A DNA stretch of 57,446 bases from Bacteroidota bacterium (lineage in GTDB: Bacteria; Bacteroidota; Bacteroidia; Flavobacteriales; Flavobacteriaceae): assembly GCA_046051465.1 (NCBI GenBank), contig JBJOOG010000030.1, positions 1-57,446 of the forward strand, given 5' to 3'. Shown here piece after piece: positions 40,718 through 49,478 of this stretch. Made by a program: the position numbers and the translations under genes. The notes beneath the pieces were generated by a model. That model saw only the letters and a program-made list of their open reading frames with translations, was not told the origin of the DNA and searched no databases. How positions within the stretch are numbered: the stretch's first letter is position 1; each line of letters starts with the position of its first letter.

Positions 40718-41235
40718 TGTTGCTGTGGCTGCTCATGGGGTCCAAAGGCAACAAAAACCTCACTGAGTTGGGGATAAATTAAGTCTGAGACTCCTTGCAC
40801 GGGCAAATACAGCCAGGATTTTTCGATGGTTTGCTTGGATACAAAGGCGTAGGAAAAGTTAAGTTTGTTAAACATGGCAATGCCCAAACTCAACACAACA
40901 AGCAATTTTAGTGCTCCCAAAATGCCTCCCCCCAATTTGTTGATCGCGCCCAATTGTGCTACGCGCGCTACGGTAGTAAAAAATTTAGCCAATAGTGCTG
41001 CTCCAACCAACACAATTGCAAGGGTAACCACAAAAGCAATAACTTGAATTATTTTGGGATTCCATGAGACTTCTCTAGCCAAGAAATGATTGACGATATA
41101 CGAAAATTTAATGGCCAAATACACGCCAAACAGCAAGCTAATGAGTCCGGCGAGTTCAATAAAAAAACCATTGCGCAAGCCTCGAATCAGGCCCATGGCT
41201 ATAAATGCAAGTAGTATATAGTCAATCCAAATCAT
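40714..41235 (-). CDS. cvpA: CvpA family (colicin V production) membrane protein
   Basis: Motifs WIDYI, G.RNGFF.E and NKLGGGILG. Confidence 0.88.
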   Translation of the reverse strand: MIWIDYILLAFIAMGLIRGLRNGFFIELAGLISLLFGVYLAIKFSYIVNHFLAREVSWNPKIIQVIAFVVTLAIVLVGAALLAKFFTTVARVAQLGAINKLGGGILGALKLLVVLSLGIAMFNKLNFSYAFVSKQTIEKSWLYLPVQGVSDLIYPQLSEVFVAFGPHEQPQQH

Positions 41236-41358
41236 GTTTATGTGGATAAAGTGTGAGCAAATATAAATCAAAAAGAAGGTGAGTCAACTCCCGCGGCAAC
41301 TTGCTATATTTGCCTACCCTAGTCAGTGAACTGTCTAGTCGCAAAACGCCAATCAATT

Positions 41359-41715
41359 ATGTCAAGAGATACACAATTAAAAGAACGCTGGGAACAATTG
41401 GTTGCCAAATTATCCGATCAGTTTTCGCAAGGAGAAGACTTGGATTTGGATGCCATAATTTATTTGATCGGGCTACAAGAATTGGGGAAAGTGCACCAAT
41501 CATTCAAAAAAGACGAGAAGATCAACCTCATGCACATTGCCATTTGCCGCTTGCTCGAACCCTACGGCTTTTATGAATTTGATTACATCGATGCCGACGG
41601 TTGGCCGCATTATACCATTAAAGAAGAATTGCCGCCCTTGAAAGCGGGGGAACAATCGGTGCTCATGAAAGAAGCCATCGTGGGCTATTTTTTGTCCCGA
41701 GAATATATTGACTAA
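41359..41715 (+). CDS. Conserved hypothetical protein
   Basis: Clean ORF (IYLIGLQELG, HIAICRLLEPYG) preceded by TATATTTG at 41305-41312. Confidence 0.8.
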   Translation: MSRDTQLKERWEQLVAKLSDQFSQGEDLDLDAIIYLIGLQELGKVHQSFKKDEKINLMHIAICRLLEPYGFYEFDYIDADGWPHYTIKEELPPLKAGEQSVLMKEAIVGYFLSREYID

Positions 41716-41790
41716 GTCCCTAAAAACTTAAATTACACCCCAAGATACTAGCAACTTTTAGCTAAATTTGCGGCTCAATGACCACGCATC

Positions 41791-42810
41791 ATGATAGATC
41801 AAATTAAAGTACATATTACCGAAGCAGCTGCTTTTCACACCGAAAATCCCGCCGAACTAGAAGCCTATCGCATTCAATATTTGGGAAGCAAAGGCCTCTT
41901 AAAAACCCTGTTTGCCGAATTTAAAAACGTGCCCAACGAGCAAAAAAAAGAATTTGGACAGGTAATTAATTTGCTCAAAACGACCGCCGAAGACAAGGTA
42001 AAACAACTCCAAGAAGCGCTCGAAAGTAAACAAGAAATAAAAGGCATCTACGGCGACCTTACTCGTCCGGGAGAACCCCTTGCAATTGGTTCCCGTCACC
42101 CAATATCGTTGGTAAAAAATCAAATCATTGATATCTTTTCGACCATTGGATTCAATGTGTCTGAAGGCCCAGAAATTGAAGACGATTGGCATAATTTTAC
42201 CGCCTTGAATCTACCAGAATACCATCCGGCACGTGACATGCAGGACACCTTTTTTATTCAAACCAATCCCGATATTTTGTTGCGCACCCATACCTCATCG
42301 GTACAAGTGCGTTACATGGAAGAAAACAAACCGCCCATCCGCACCATTTCGCCAGGACGCGTGTTTCGCAACGAGGCCGTTTCGGCACGTTCGCATTGTA
42401 TTTTTCACCAAGTAGAAGGCTTGTACATCGACAAAGATGTCTCGTTTGCCGATTTGAAACAAACGCTGTTGTACTTCACCAAAGAGATGTTTGGCAAGTC
42501 TAAAATCAGGTTGCGCCCGAGTTATTTTCCGTTTACCGAGCCAAGTGCTGAAATTGATATTTACTGGGGACTCAAAACCGAAACCGATTACCGCATTACC
42601 AAAGGAACCGGTTGGTTGGAAATTGGCGGCTGCGGCATGGTAGATCCCAACGTCTTGAAAAATTGCCAAATCAATCCCGACGAATTTTCGGGTTTTGCCT
42701 TTGGAATGGGTGTAGAACGCATCGCGATGCTCTTGTACCAAATTGGTGACATTCGATTGTTTTATGAAAACGACGTGCGCTTTTTGGAGCAGTTTAAGTC
42801 GATAGTGTAG
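41791..42810 (+). CDS. pheS: Phenylalanine-tRNA ligase alpha subunit
   Basis: Motifs HPARDMQDTF, LRTHTS, FHQVEG, YFPFTEPS and FAFGMGVER. Confidence 0.98.
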   Translation: MIDQIKVHITEAAAFHTENPAELEAYRIQYLGSKGLLKTLFAEFKNVPNEQKKEFGQVINLLKTTAEDKVKQLQEALESKQEIKGIYGDLTRPGEPLAIGSRHPISLVKNQIIDIFSTIGFNVSEGPEIEDDWHNFTALNLPEYHPARDMQDTFFIQTNPDILLRTHTSSVQVRYMEENKPPIRTISPGRVFRNEAVSARSHCIFHQVEGLYIDKDVSFADLKQTLLYFTKEMFGKSKIRLRPSYFPFTEPSAEIDIYWGLKTETDYRITKGTGWLEIGGCGMVDPNVLKNCQINPDEFSGFAFGMGVERIAMLLYQIGDIRLFYENDVRFLEQFKSIV

Positions 42811-42815
42811 ATTCG

Positions 42816-42948
42816 GTTCTCGGTTCTCGGTTCTCGGTTTTCTGTTGAATATGTATACTAAGAACTTTTGAATTGGTCCCGAAGTCTCTTTATTCTCAGC
42901 ATTACCTGGCTTCTTAGCTGAAATCTTCCAACTTCCAACTCCCCGCTT
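42816..42948 (+). repeat. Modular intergenic repeat, copy 3
   Basis: GTTCTCG x3 plus GTTTTCT begin 5 nt after the pheS stop, followed by GTATACTAAGAA, AATTGGTCCCGAAG and CTTCCAA CTTCCAA CTCCCCG before the next ATG. Confidence 0.75.
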
Positions 42949-42954
42949 AAAACC

Positions 42955-43362
42955 ATGAAATCAGACATCATCATCCCCAAAGTAGAAAATGTTTTTTTGG
43001 CCGCCGTGCAAGAATGGAGCGAGGACTTCAACGACAACGTATGGTATGTGTATTTGATAAACGATTCTGACTTTGATTTGGATAGCGTGATGCTGGTGTC
43101 AAAAGCCTTTGGTACGATAGATGGCGAAATGAAAAAAACCTCGTTATTGCGTCACGCGTTTATGAAAGTTCCGGCCGTTTCGGTGCAAAAAGTAGAGCTC
43201 ATTGAACAATCGGTGTTGCAACTCAACAACGAATTCATGCTTACTTATTTTATTGGAAATACCTTATACGACAAAAAATTTACCTTCCGCAAAAACACCA
43301 TCAACGAACGTGCTACAGAAGAAGTGCCTATTTTATTTGTAAATGGCGTGGTAGTAAAATAA
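42955..43362 (+). CDS. Conserved hypothetical protein
   Basis: 135-aa ORF (WYVYLIN, KTSLLRH, LNNEF) filling the gap, with normal codon usage. Confidence 0.8.
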   Translation: MKSDIIIPKVENVFLAAVQEWSEDFNDNVWYVYLINDSDFDLDSVMLVSKAFGTIDGEMKKTSLLRHAFMKVPAVSVQKVELIEQSVLQLNNEFMLTYFIGNTLYDKKFTFRKNTINERATEEVPILFVNGVVVK

Positions 43363-43363
43363 G

Positions 43364-44359
43364 CTAGTCCAACTTATCGGTTAGTTTCTTGAATACTTTT
43401 TTGGCCTCTTTTCCTTCGTACAAAATTTCGTGTACGGCATCAATAATGGGCGTTTTGGCTTGGTATTTTTGGTTCAATTCCCAAGCGCTTTTGGCGGCAT
43501 AATAGCCCTCGGCCACCATACTCATTTCCATCATGGCGCTTTTTACGGTGTAGCCTTTTCCGATCATGTTTCCAAACATGCGGTTGCGCGAAAAAACCGA
43601 ATAACCCGTTACCAACAAATCGCCCAAGTAGGCCGAGTCGTTGATGTTGCGTTTCATTTTGTGGACTTTTCGAATAAATTTTTTCATTTCGCGAATGCCG
43701 TTACTCATTAACACCGCTTGAAAATTATCGCCATAACCCAAACCGTGAGCCATACCGGCTGCAATGGCGTAAATGTTTTTGAGCATGGCGGCATATTCGG
43801 TGCCAATAATGTCGTCTGATATTTTGGCTTTGATGTAATTGCTCGATAAATTTAAGGCTACTGTTTTTGCTTTTGAAGCATCACCGCAGGCAATAGTCAA
43901 ATAGGATAAGCGCTCTAAAGCCACTTCCTCGGCGTGGCAAGGCCCTGTAATTACACCAATATTTTCAAAGGGAATGTCGAAAATTTTATGGAAGTGCTCG
44001 CCCACAATTAAACTGGTTTCGGGTACAATTCCTTTGATGGCTGAAAAAATTACTTTATCCTGTAGCTTGGTTGTGAGTTTTTGTAATTCGCCACTCAAAA
44101 AAGCAGACGGAATGGCAAAGATGATAATATCGGCAAAGGCAATGGCTTTATTAATATCTGAGGTGAGTATCAATTGCTCCATTTTGAACTCAACAGAGCT
44201 CAAATAATTGGGATTGTGGTGTTCGGATTGTAAATGTGCAATGGCCTCTTCGTTGCGCATGTACCAAGCAATTTTGTCTTGATTTACGCATAGCATTTTG
44301 GCAATAGCCGTAGCCCAACTTCCTCCACCAATAACGGCAAACTTTGGATGATCTTTCAT
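43364..44359 (-). CDS. gpsA: NAD(P)H-dependent glycerol-3-phosphate dehydrogenase
   Basis: Motifs GGGSWATA, KG, GPCHAEEV, LKNIYAI and GDLLVT.YS..SRN. Confidence 0.94.
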   Translation of the reverse strand: MKDHPKFAVIGGGSWATAIAKMLCVNQDKIAWYMRNEEAIAHLQSEHHNPNYLSSVEFKMEQLILTSDINKAIAFADIIIFAIPSAFLSGELQKLTTKLQDKVIFSAIKGIVPETSLIVGEHFHKIFDIPFENIGVITGPCHAEEVALERLSYLTIACGDASKAKTVALNLSSNYIKAKISDDIIGTEYAAMLKNIYAIAAGMAHGLGYGDNFQAVLMSNGIREMKKFIRKVHKMKRNINDSAYLGDLLVTGYSVFSRNRMFGNMIGKGYTVKSAMMEMSMVAEGYYAAKSAWELNQKYQAKTPIIDAVHEILYEGKEAKKVFKKLTDKLD

Positions 44360-44435
44360 AAATACAACTACAATGTTTGTAGATTTCTTAGCAATTTGGG
44401 GAGTCCAAAAGTAAGTAAAAACAAGTTAGTATGAA

Positions 44436-45602
44436 TCAATAACTCATTTCAACAATTTGTCGCAATTTGACTAAATCAATGTTTTGGCGTTCACCCAATG
44501 CAATCCAGCCGCGTTGCTCAAATCGATTCACAATAAAATCAGCGGTTTGAGCATACTCAGGCGTGTATTCGCTAAGTTTTGTTGGAACGCCCAGTTGATG
44601 AAAGAACGCTGTGGTTTTATCAATGGCCTGAATGGCGCGCTCGGTTGGTGTTCCGCTTGTAATGTTCCAAACGCGTTCGCCGTATTGAATGAGCTTGTCT
44701 TGTTTGGTTTCCAAAAGCACTCGGTACAGGTTTGGCCCTATAATGGCCAAGGTGCGCGCATGATCAATTTCGTATAAGGCCGTTAATTCGTGGCCTATCA
44801 TGTGCGTTGCCCAATCAACCGGCACGCCTTTGTTAAGCAATCCGTTTAAAGCCATGGTGCAGCTCCACATAAAATTAGAAGCCAATATATAATCGGCAGG
44901 TTTATCTATTACTTTGGGGCCTGTTTCGATTAGGGTTTGCAAAATTCCTTCGGCAATTCGGTCTTGCAAATAGGCCTCGTGCGGATACGTAAGGTATTGC
45001 TCCATTACGTGCATAAACGAGTCTATTACCCCGTTTTGCAGTTGGCGTTTGGGCAAAGAGGCAACTACTGTTGGGTCACAAATAGAGAACACCGGAAACA
45101 AGGCGCTTCCGCCTAAGGTGAGTTTTTCTTGTGTGGCCTCGATGGTCACCACAGCACCTGAATTCATTTCACTGCCCGTAGCGGGCAAGGTAAGCACCGT
45201 GCCAAATGGAATTACTTTGGACACATCGGTAAACAAGATCCGGTTGCGCAATATTTGTGCGGCATCGCCTTCAAAATGGGTAGCTGCCGAGATAAATTTT
45301 ACGCCATCAATCACGCTTCCGCCACCCACGGCTAAAATAAAACTGAGCTGTTCTTTGCGAATTACCTCTACGGCCTGCATCAGGGTTTCGTAGCGTGGAT
45401 TGGGTTCAACACCGCCAAATTCCACCACATGAAATCCTTGTAAAGCGGCAATTACTTGGGCGTGAATGCCATTCGAGAAAATACTTCCGCCACCATACAC
45501 CAGCAATACGCGGGCATCTTTGGGCACAAGGTTGGCTAATTTTTCAATCTGCTGGGTGCCAAAAAGCAGTTTAGTTGGGTTGTATAAATCAAAATTGCGC
45601 AT
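44436..45602 (-). CDS. Iron-containing alcohol dehydrogenase (YqhD/BdhA-like)
   Basis: Motifs YGGGS, AVGGGSVID, TLPATGSE and DWATHMIGHEL...HARTL. Confidence 0.92.
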   Translation of the reverse strand: MRNFDLYNPTKLLFGTQQIEKLANLVPKDARVLLVYGGGSIFSNGIHAQVIAALQGFHVVEFGGVEPNPRYETLMQAVEVIRKEQLSFILAVGGGSVIDGVKFISAATHFEGDAAQILRNRILFTDVSKVIPFGTVLTLPATGSEMNSGAVVTIEATQEKLTLGGSALFPVFSICDPTVVASLPKRQLQNGVIDSFMHVMEQYLTYPHEAYLQDRIAEGILQTLIETGPKVIDKPADYILASNFMWSCTMALNGLLNKGVPVDWATHMIGHELTALYEIDHARTLAIIGPNLYRVLLETKQDKLIQYGERVWNITSGTPTERAIQAIDKTTAFFHQLGVPTKLSEYTPEYAQTADFIVNRFEQRGWIALGERQNIDLVKLRQIVEMSY

Positions 45603-45649
45603 AGGAGTTTATTTAAGTTGCCCAAAAATACGAATACTTCCTGGGTTTA

Positions 45650-46010
45650 GGATTACAGGTTTCGGTTTAAAGTTTACAAGGTTTTGTGATTTGTCTTGGA
45701 GATTTAAAGATTGAAAAATTTAAAGATTTAAAGATTTCGATCTAAAGTCACAGTTTGTCCTCGAGGTTTTGAGATTGGAATTTGGAGATTTGAAAATTAA
45801 ATGTTGAATGTTGCGTGTAAATTGGTCCCGAAGCGTGTGGATTGAATTTGGGATTTTTAAACACAGATTGTCAAAATTTTACTGATTATTAAAATCTTTT
45901 TGATTTCTATGATTTTACTAATCTGTGTTGCAAAAAGATTGCTTCGTCGTTCCTTCTCGCAATGACATTCTTAGTATACTACTGAAAACTGACAACCGAG
46001 AACCGAGAAC
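45650..46010. repeat. Modular intergenic repeat, copy 4 (mosaic of several micro-repeat families)
   Basis: The reverse complement of 45694-45770 aligns ungapped to 30505-30581 at 56 of 77 positions. Also present: an AACACAGATT/AATCTGTGTT inverted repeat (45860-45929), GATTGCTTCGTCG..TCGCAATGAC (45937-45966) and GTTnTCn x4 after the nadD stop (45983-46010). Confidence 0.75.
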
Positions 46011-46019
46011 ATTTTCATT

Positions 46020-46598
46020 TCACTTATACAAATTATTGTAATCCACATACTCCCAAACGGCTTGCGGCAACATGGGCGCCACGTTTTTTTTGTCGTGAAT
46101 GGCTTGGCGAATAAAGGTGGATGAAATTTCAACTACGGGAGCATCTACCAAATGTACGTTCGGATGATTGGCCAGTTCTTCGTTGGCCGGTTCGGACGAA
46201 ATTCTGGGGTAAACATAAAGTGGGTAATGGGCTAAAATCACTTCGTAGTTTTTCCACTTGTGAAAGGTTTTCAAGTTGTCTTCGCCCAACAATAAGGAAA
46301 ATACATGCTGTGGATACGCTTCAGAAAGCAACGCCAAAGTATGAACCGTATAATTGGGTTGCGGCAATTTAAACTCAAAATCACTGGCTTTGAGTTTGGG
46401 GTAGTTTTCGGTAGCGAGATTAACCAGGTGCAAGCGCTGGTAATCGTCGAGTAAACTTGCCTTCTTTTTGAGGGGATTGTGTGGCGTAACCACCAACCAA
46501 ACCTGATCTAAATCGGTGAACTCTGCCATGTGATTGGCTATAATCAGGTGCCCCACGTGTATGGGATTGAAGGTGCCAAAGTAGAGTCCGATTTTCAT
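46020..46598 (-). CDS. nadD: Nicotinate-nucleotide adenylyltransferase
   Basis: Motifs GTFNPIHVGH, GEDNL..FHKWK and ISSTFIR. Confidence 0.96.
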   Translation of the reverse strand: MKIGLYFGTFNPIHVGHLIIANHMAEFTDLDQVWLVVTPHNPLKKKASLLDDYQRLHLVNLATENYPKLKASDFEFKLPQPNYTVHTLALLSEAYPQHVFSLLLGEDNLKTFHKWKNYEVILAHYPLYVYPRISSEPANEELANHPNVHLVDAPVVEISSTFIRQAIHDKKNVAPMLPQAVWEYVDYNNLYK

Positions 46599-46607
46599 TG
46601 TTTTTTT

Positions 46608-46635
46608 AGTGATTAGTAACTAGTGATTAGTAATT
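46608..46635 (+). repeat. Downstream AGTnAnT heptamer array flanking the four-helix gene
   Basis: AGTGATT AGTAACT AGTGATT AGTAATT on the + strand, inverted relative to 47010-47065. Confidence 0.85.
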
Positions 46636-47000
46636 AGTCTCTTAGGGTTTTAGAAAATGAATTAATCATTTTTGATTGCTGTTCAATTTCTTCCAAAATC
46701 GCTGCAAATAGTTTTTCATCTGTTATAAACCCTAATTCTTCTGCAATTTAGGAGTTGTGTTTCCAATTCATATAAAGAACCTCTTGAAATAGCTAAAAAA
46801 TGACCAAATGATTTGTCGGTATTTCTTCCAAATCCTTCTGCTATATTAGATGGAATTGAAACGGAAGCTCTTTTAAGTTGACTAGTTAAAGCGTATAATT
46901 CTTCTTTGGGAAATGATCCAACCAATTGATAAACAAGCGTCACAATTTTAATTCCCTTTTGCCAAATCAATAGGTCTTTATGTGATTTAATTTCACCCAT
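46634..47000 (-). pseudogene. Four-helix-bundle protein (23S rRNA intervening-sequence/Avd-like family, PF05635/TIGR02436-type) with a 1-nt frameshift
   Basis: Family motifs SHKDLLIWQK, FPKEELYALTSQLKRASVSIPSNIAEG and ISRGSLYELETQL. Removing one A at 46747-46749 restores LLIAEELGFITDEKLFAAILEEIEQQSKMINSFSKTLRD* (121 aa, stop at 46634-46636). Confidence 0.88.
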
Positions 47001-47009
47001 TTGAACACC

Positions 47010-47065
47010 AATTACTCTTCACTAATCACTCTTTACTAATCACTAATTACTCATTACTAATCACT
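47010..47065 (-). repeat. Upstream AGTnAnn heptamer array (8 units) flanking the four-helix gene
   Basis: Minus strand: AGTGATT AGTAATG AGTAATT AGTGATT AGTAAAG AGTGATT AGTGAAG AGTAATT. The first unit contains the gmk TGA. Confidence 0.88.
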
Positions 47066-47633
47066 TATTCACAAACTCCTTAACCAACTCACGTGCTTCG
47101 GCTTTGGCTACCTCCAAATCATAATTTTTGATGATCACATCAAATTGGGGAGCCGTGGCCAACTCAACTGAGGCTTTGGCAATGCGCATGTTTATTTTTT
47201 CGTCGCTTTCGGTTGAGCGGTTTTTGAGTCGAATTTTGAGTTCGTCGATGCTGGGTGGTTTCACAAATACCGCCAAGGTTTCTTCCGGGAATTTTCTCTT
47301 GATGCGCAAGCCACCGGCCACGTCAATGTCAAAAATTACGTTTTTGCCCATGGCCCAAATGCGTTCTACTTCGCTTTTTAATGTGCCATAAAAATTATCG
47401 CGGTACACCTCTTCCCATTCTACAAAATCTTCGGCTTTAATGTGCGATTTAAATTCAGCAATGGAGATAAAATAATAATCGGTTCCGTGTACTTCTTCGC
47501 CTCTTGGTTCGCGTGTGGCCGCCGAAACCGAGAAGGCCAAATTCAATTCGGGCTGTGCCAACAAATGCCGAACTATTGTGGTTTTTCCAGAGCCCGATGG
47601 CGCCGAGAATACGAGTAATTTTCCTTTTTTCAT
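47061..47633 (-). CDS. gmk: Guanylate kinase
   Basis: Motifs SAPSGSGKTT, SVSAATREPRGEE.HGTDYYF and FYGT. Confidence 0.97.
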   Translation of the reverse strand: MKKGKLLVFSAPSGSGKTTIVRHLLAQPELNLAFSVSAATREPRGEEVHGTDYYFISIAEFKSHIKAEDFVEWEEVYRDNFYGTLKSEVERIWAMGKNVIFDIDVAGGLRIKRKFPEETLAVFVKPPSIDELKIRLKNRSTESDEKINMRIAKASVELATAPQFDVIIKNYDLEVAKAEARELVKEFVNK

Positions 47634-47641
47634 TTCTTTCT

Positions 47642-47676
47642 AGTAGCTAATTACTAATTACTCTTCACTATTTACT
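47642..47676 (-). repeat. Single AGTnAnn heptamer array between yicC and gmk
   Basis: Minus strand: AGTAAAT AGTGAAG AGTAATT AGTAATT AGCTACT, beginning at the yicC stop. Confidence 0.8.
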
Positions 47677-48536
47677 TACAAAACATTAAGCACTTGCTCT
47701 TTAATCTTCTCCAATTCGTCCTTCATTTGCACCACCAATTTTTGCATGGTCGCGTGATTGGCTTTGGAACCCATGGTGTTGATTTCTCGTCCCATTTCTT
47801 GGGTAATGAAACCCAGTTTTCGGCCATTGGCTTCAGATCCATTTAGGGTTTCAATAAAGTAATCCAAGTGGTTGGTGAGGCGCACTTTTTCTTCGGTAAT
47901 GTCTAGTTTCTCTAAATAATAAATCAGTTCCTGCTCAAATCGGTTTTCATCCACCTGCACTTGTAACTCGGCAATGGCGGTTTGCAAACGGTCTTTAATG
48001 GCTTGCACGCGCTCTGGATCGAGCTGCAAAGCTTCCTGCATGTAGCCGCGAATATTACCAATGCGCAAGCTAAATTCTTTGTGCAATGAAGCGCCTTCGT
48101 CTACCCGAAATTGGGCAATATTGGCCAAGGCTTCTTGTATCACTTTTTGAATTTCAATCCAATCGTTTTCATCTATTTCTTCGCGTTCGGTTTTCAAAGC
48201 GTCAGGCATGCGCACGGCCATTTTCATTAATTCGGTCTCATCGGCTTGTGGCAATACGGCTTTCATTTGCTGCATGTAGGCCTGTACAATGGGCACATTG
48301 ATTTTGGTAGAAGTTTGTTCGCCCGTCAATTCAATATATACCGACAAATCGATTTTGCCGCGTTCCAAACGTGCCGCAACCTCATTGCGTAGGCCCAATT
48401 CCATTTCTCGGTATGCTGAAGGAATGCGCACATTTAAATCGAGTCCCTTGCTGTTGAGCGACTTTACTTCAACTGTAATTTTTTTAGTAGCTAATTGAAG
48501 GCTGGCCTTGCCAAAGCCCGTCATGGATTGTATCAT
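47676..48536 (-). CDS. yicC: YicC/YloC family endoribonuclease
   Basis: Motifs SMTGFG, KSLN, DITEEKVRL and GRKLGF..QEMGREINT.GSK. Usual position upstream of gmk. Confidence 0.93.
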   Translation of the reverse strand: MIQSMTGFGKASLQLATKKITVEVKSLNSKGLDLNVRIPSAYREMELGLRNEVAARLERGKIDLSVYIELTGEQTSTKINVPIVQAYMQQMKAVLPQADETELMKMAVRMPDALKTEREEIDENDWIEIQKVIQEALANIAQFRVDEGASLHKEFSLRIGNIRGYMQEALQLDPERVQAIKDRLQTAIAELQVQVDENRFEQELIYYLEKLDITEEKVRLTNHLDYFIETLNGSEANGRKLGFITQEMGREINTMGSKANHATMQKLVVQMKDELEKIKEQVLNVL

Positions 48537-48581
48537 AAGTTGGGTAAAAAGTGTTCAAATATAGGAAAAATAGGCGTGGCG

Positions 48582-49478
48582 TTAGGCAGTTGCTTTTGTG
48601 TCATTTACTAGTGTAACCAAATAAACCCCGGTAAAAATGAGTACAGCCGCAATGAGTTTTACCGCAGAAATTTCATCTTTACCCAACCCAATGGCAAAGA
48701 CCGAGGCAAATAGCGGTTGTAAATAAATAAATACGGCCACAGTGGTTGGCTTGAGTTCCCGCATGGAAATTAAATTGAGTAGGTAGGTTAAAAAGGTAGA
48801 AAACACGACAATAAATCCAATTTTATAATAGATCCCCAACGGAATTTGTGGCCAGATGATGGCTTGAAATTCATTCCAACCAAACGGAAATACCATCAAC
48901 AATCCAAAGGTGTAAATCCATTTTACAAAAGTAAAGGCGTTGTATTTGTTCATCAATTTTTTCACAATTATCAGGTAAAAGCCGTAAGAAATGGCATTCA
49001 CAAAAACCAATAGATTTCCCAAAGATGCCTTTGGGGCGTTGTGAATGGATTTTCCATACAAGATGAGAACGGCCGTGCCAATGAGTCCTAAAATCAATCC
49101 GAAGATTTTTTTACTCGATAAGCGTTCGCGGAGCAATAACGCAGAAAATACCAAAACAATCATGGGGGTAGTACACATGAGAACCGCTCCCATAATGGGC
49201 GAGGTATAACTTAATCCCTTAAAAAACGTGAGCATATTTAGTGCAACACCAAAAAAAGCGGCGGCAGCTATACGAGGAAAGTCTTTGGGTTCAATTTTCT
49301 CTTTTGGACCAAAAGATGAAACGGCCCAAAACAATACGGCTGAACCGGCAACTCGCAGCAAAATAAACCCATAAGGAAGGACAAATTTGGGCATCACGTC
49401 TTTGGCTACGGTAAAGGTCACGCCATAAATTATGGACACCAAGGTAGCGGCAAGAAAGGCGTAATTGCGTTTAATCAT
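48582..49478 (-). CDS. DMT/EamA family transporter
   Basis: About 10 TM segments in two EamA-like repeats (LRERL, YLQPLF). Confidence 0.9.
   Translation of the reverse strand: MIKRNYAFLAATLVSIIYGVTFTVAKDVMPKFVLPYGFILLRVAGSAVLFWAVSSFGPKEKIEPKDFPRIAAAAFFGVALNMLTFFKGLSYTSPIMGAVLMCTTPMIVLVFSALLLRERLSSKKIFGLILGLIGTAVLILYGKSIHNAPKASLGNLLVFVNAISYGFYLIIVKKLMNKYNAFTFVKWIYTFGLLMVFPFGWNEFQAIIWPQIPLGIYYKIGFIVVFSTFLTYLLNLISMRELKPTTVAVFIYLQPLFASVFAIGLGKDEISAVKLIAAVLIFTGVYLVTLVNDTKATA

Noticed and set aside
41791-42810. pheS without an adjacent pheT
   Set aside because: Separated pheS and pheT genes are normal in Bacteroidota.
46608-47065. Diversity-generating retroelement, suggested by the Avd-like gene
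   Set aside because: There is no reverse transcriptase, and I saw no template/variable repeat pair differing at adenines in the window.
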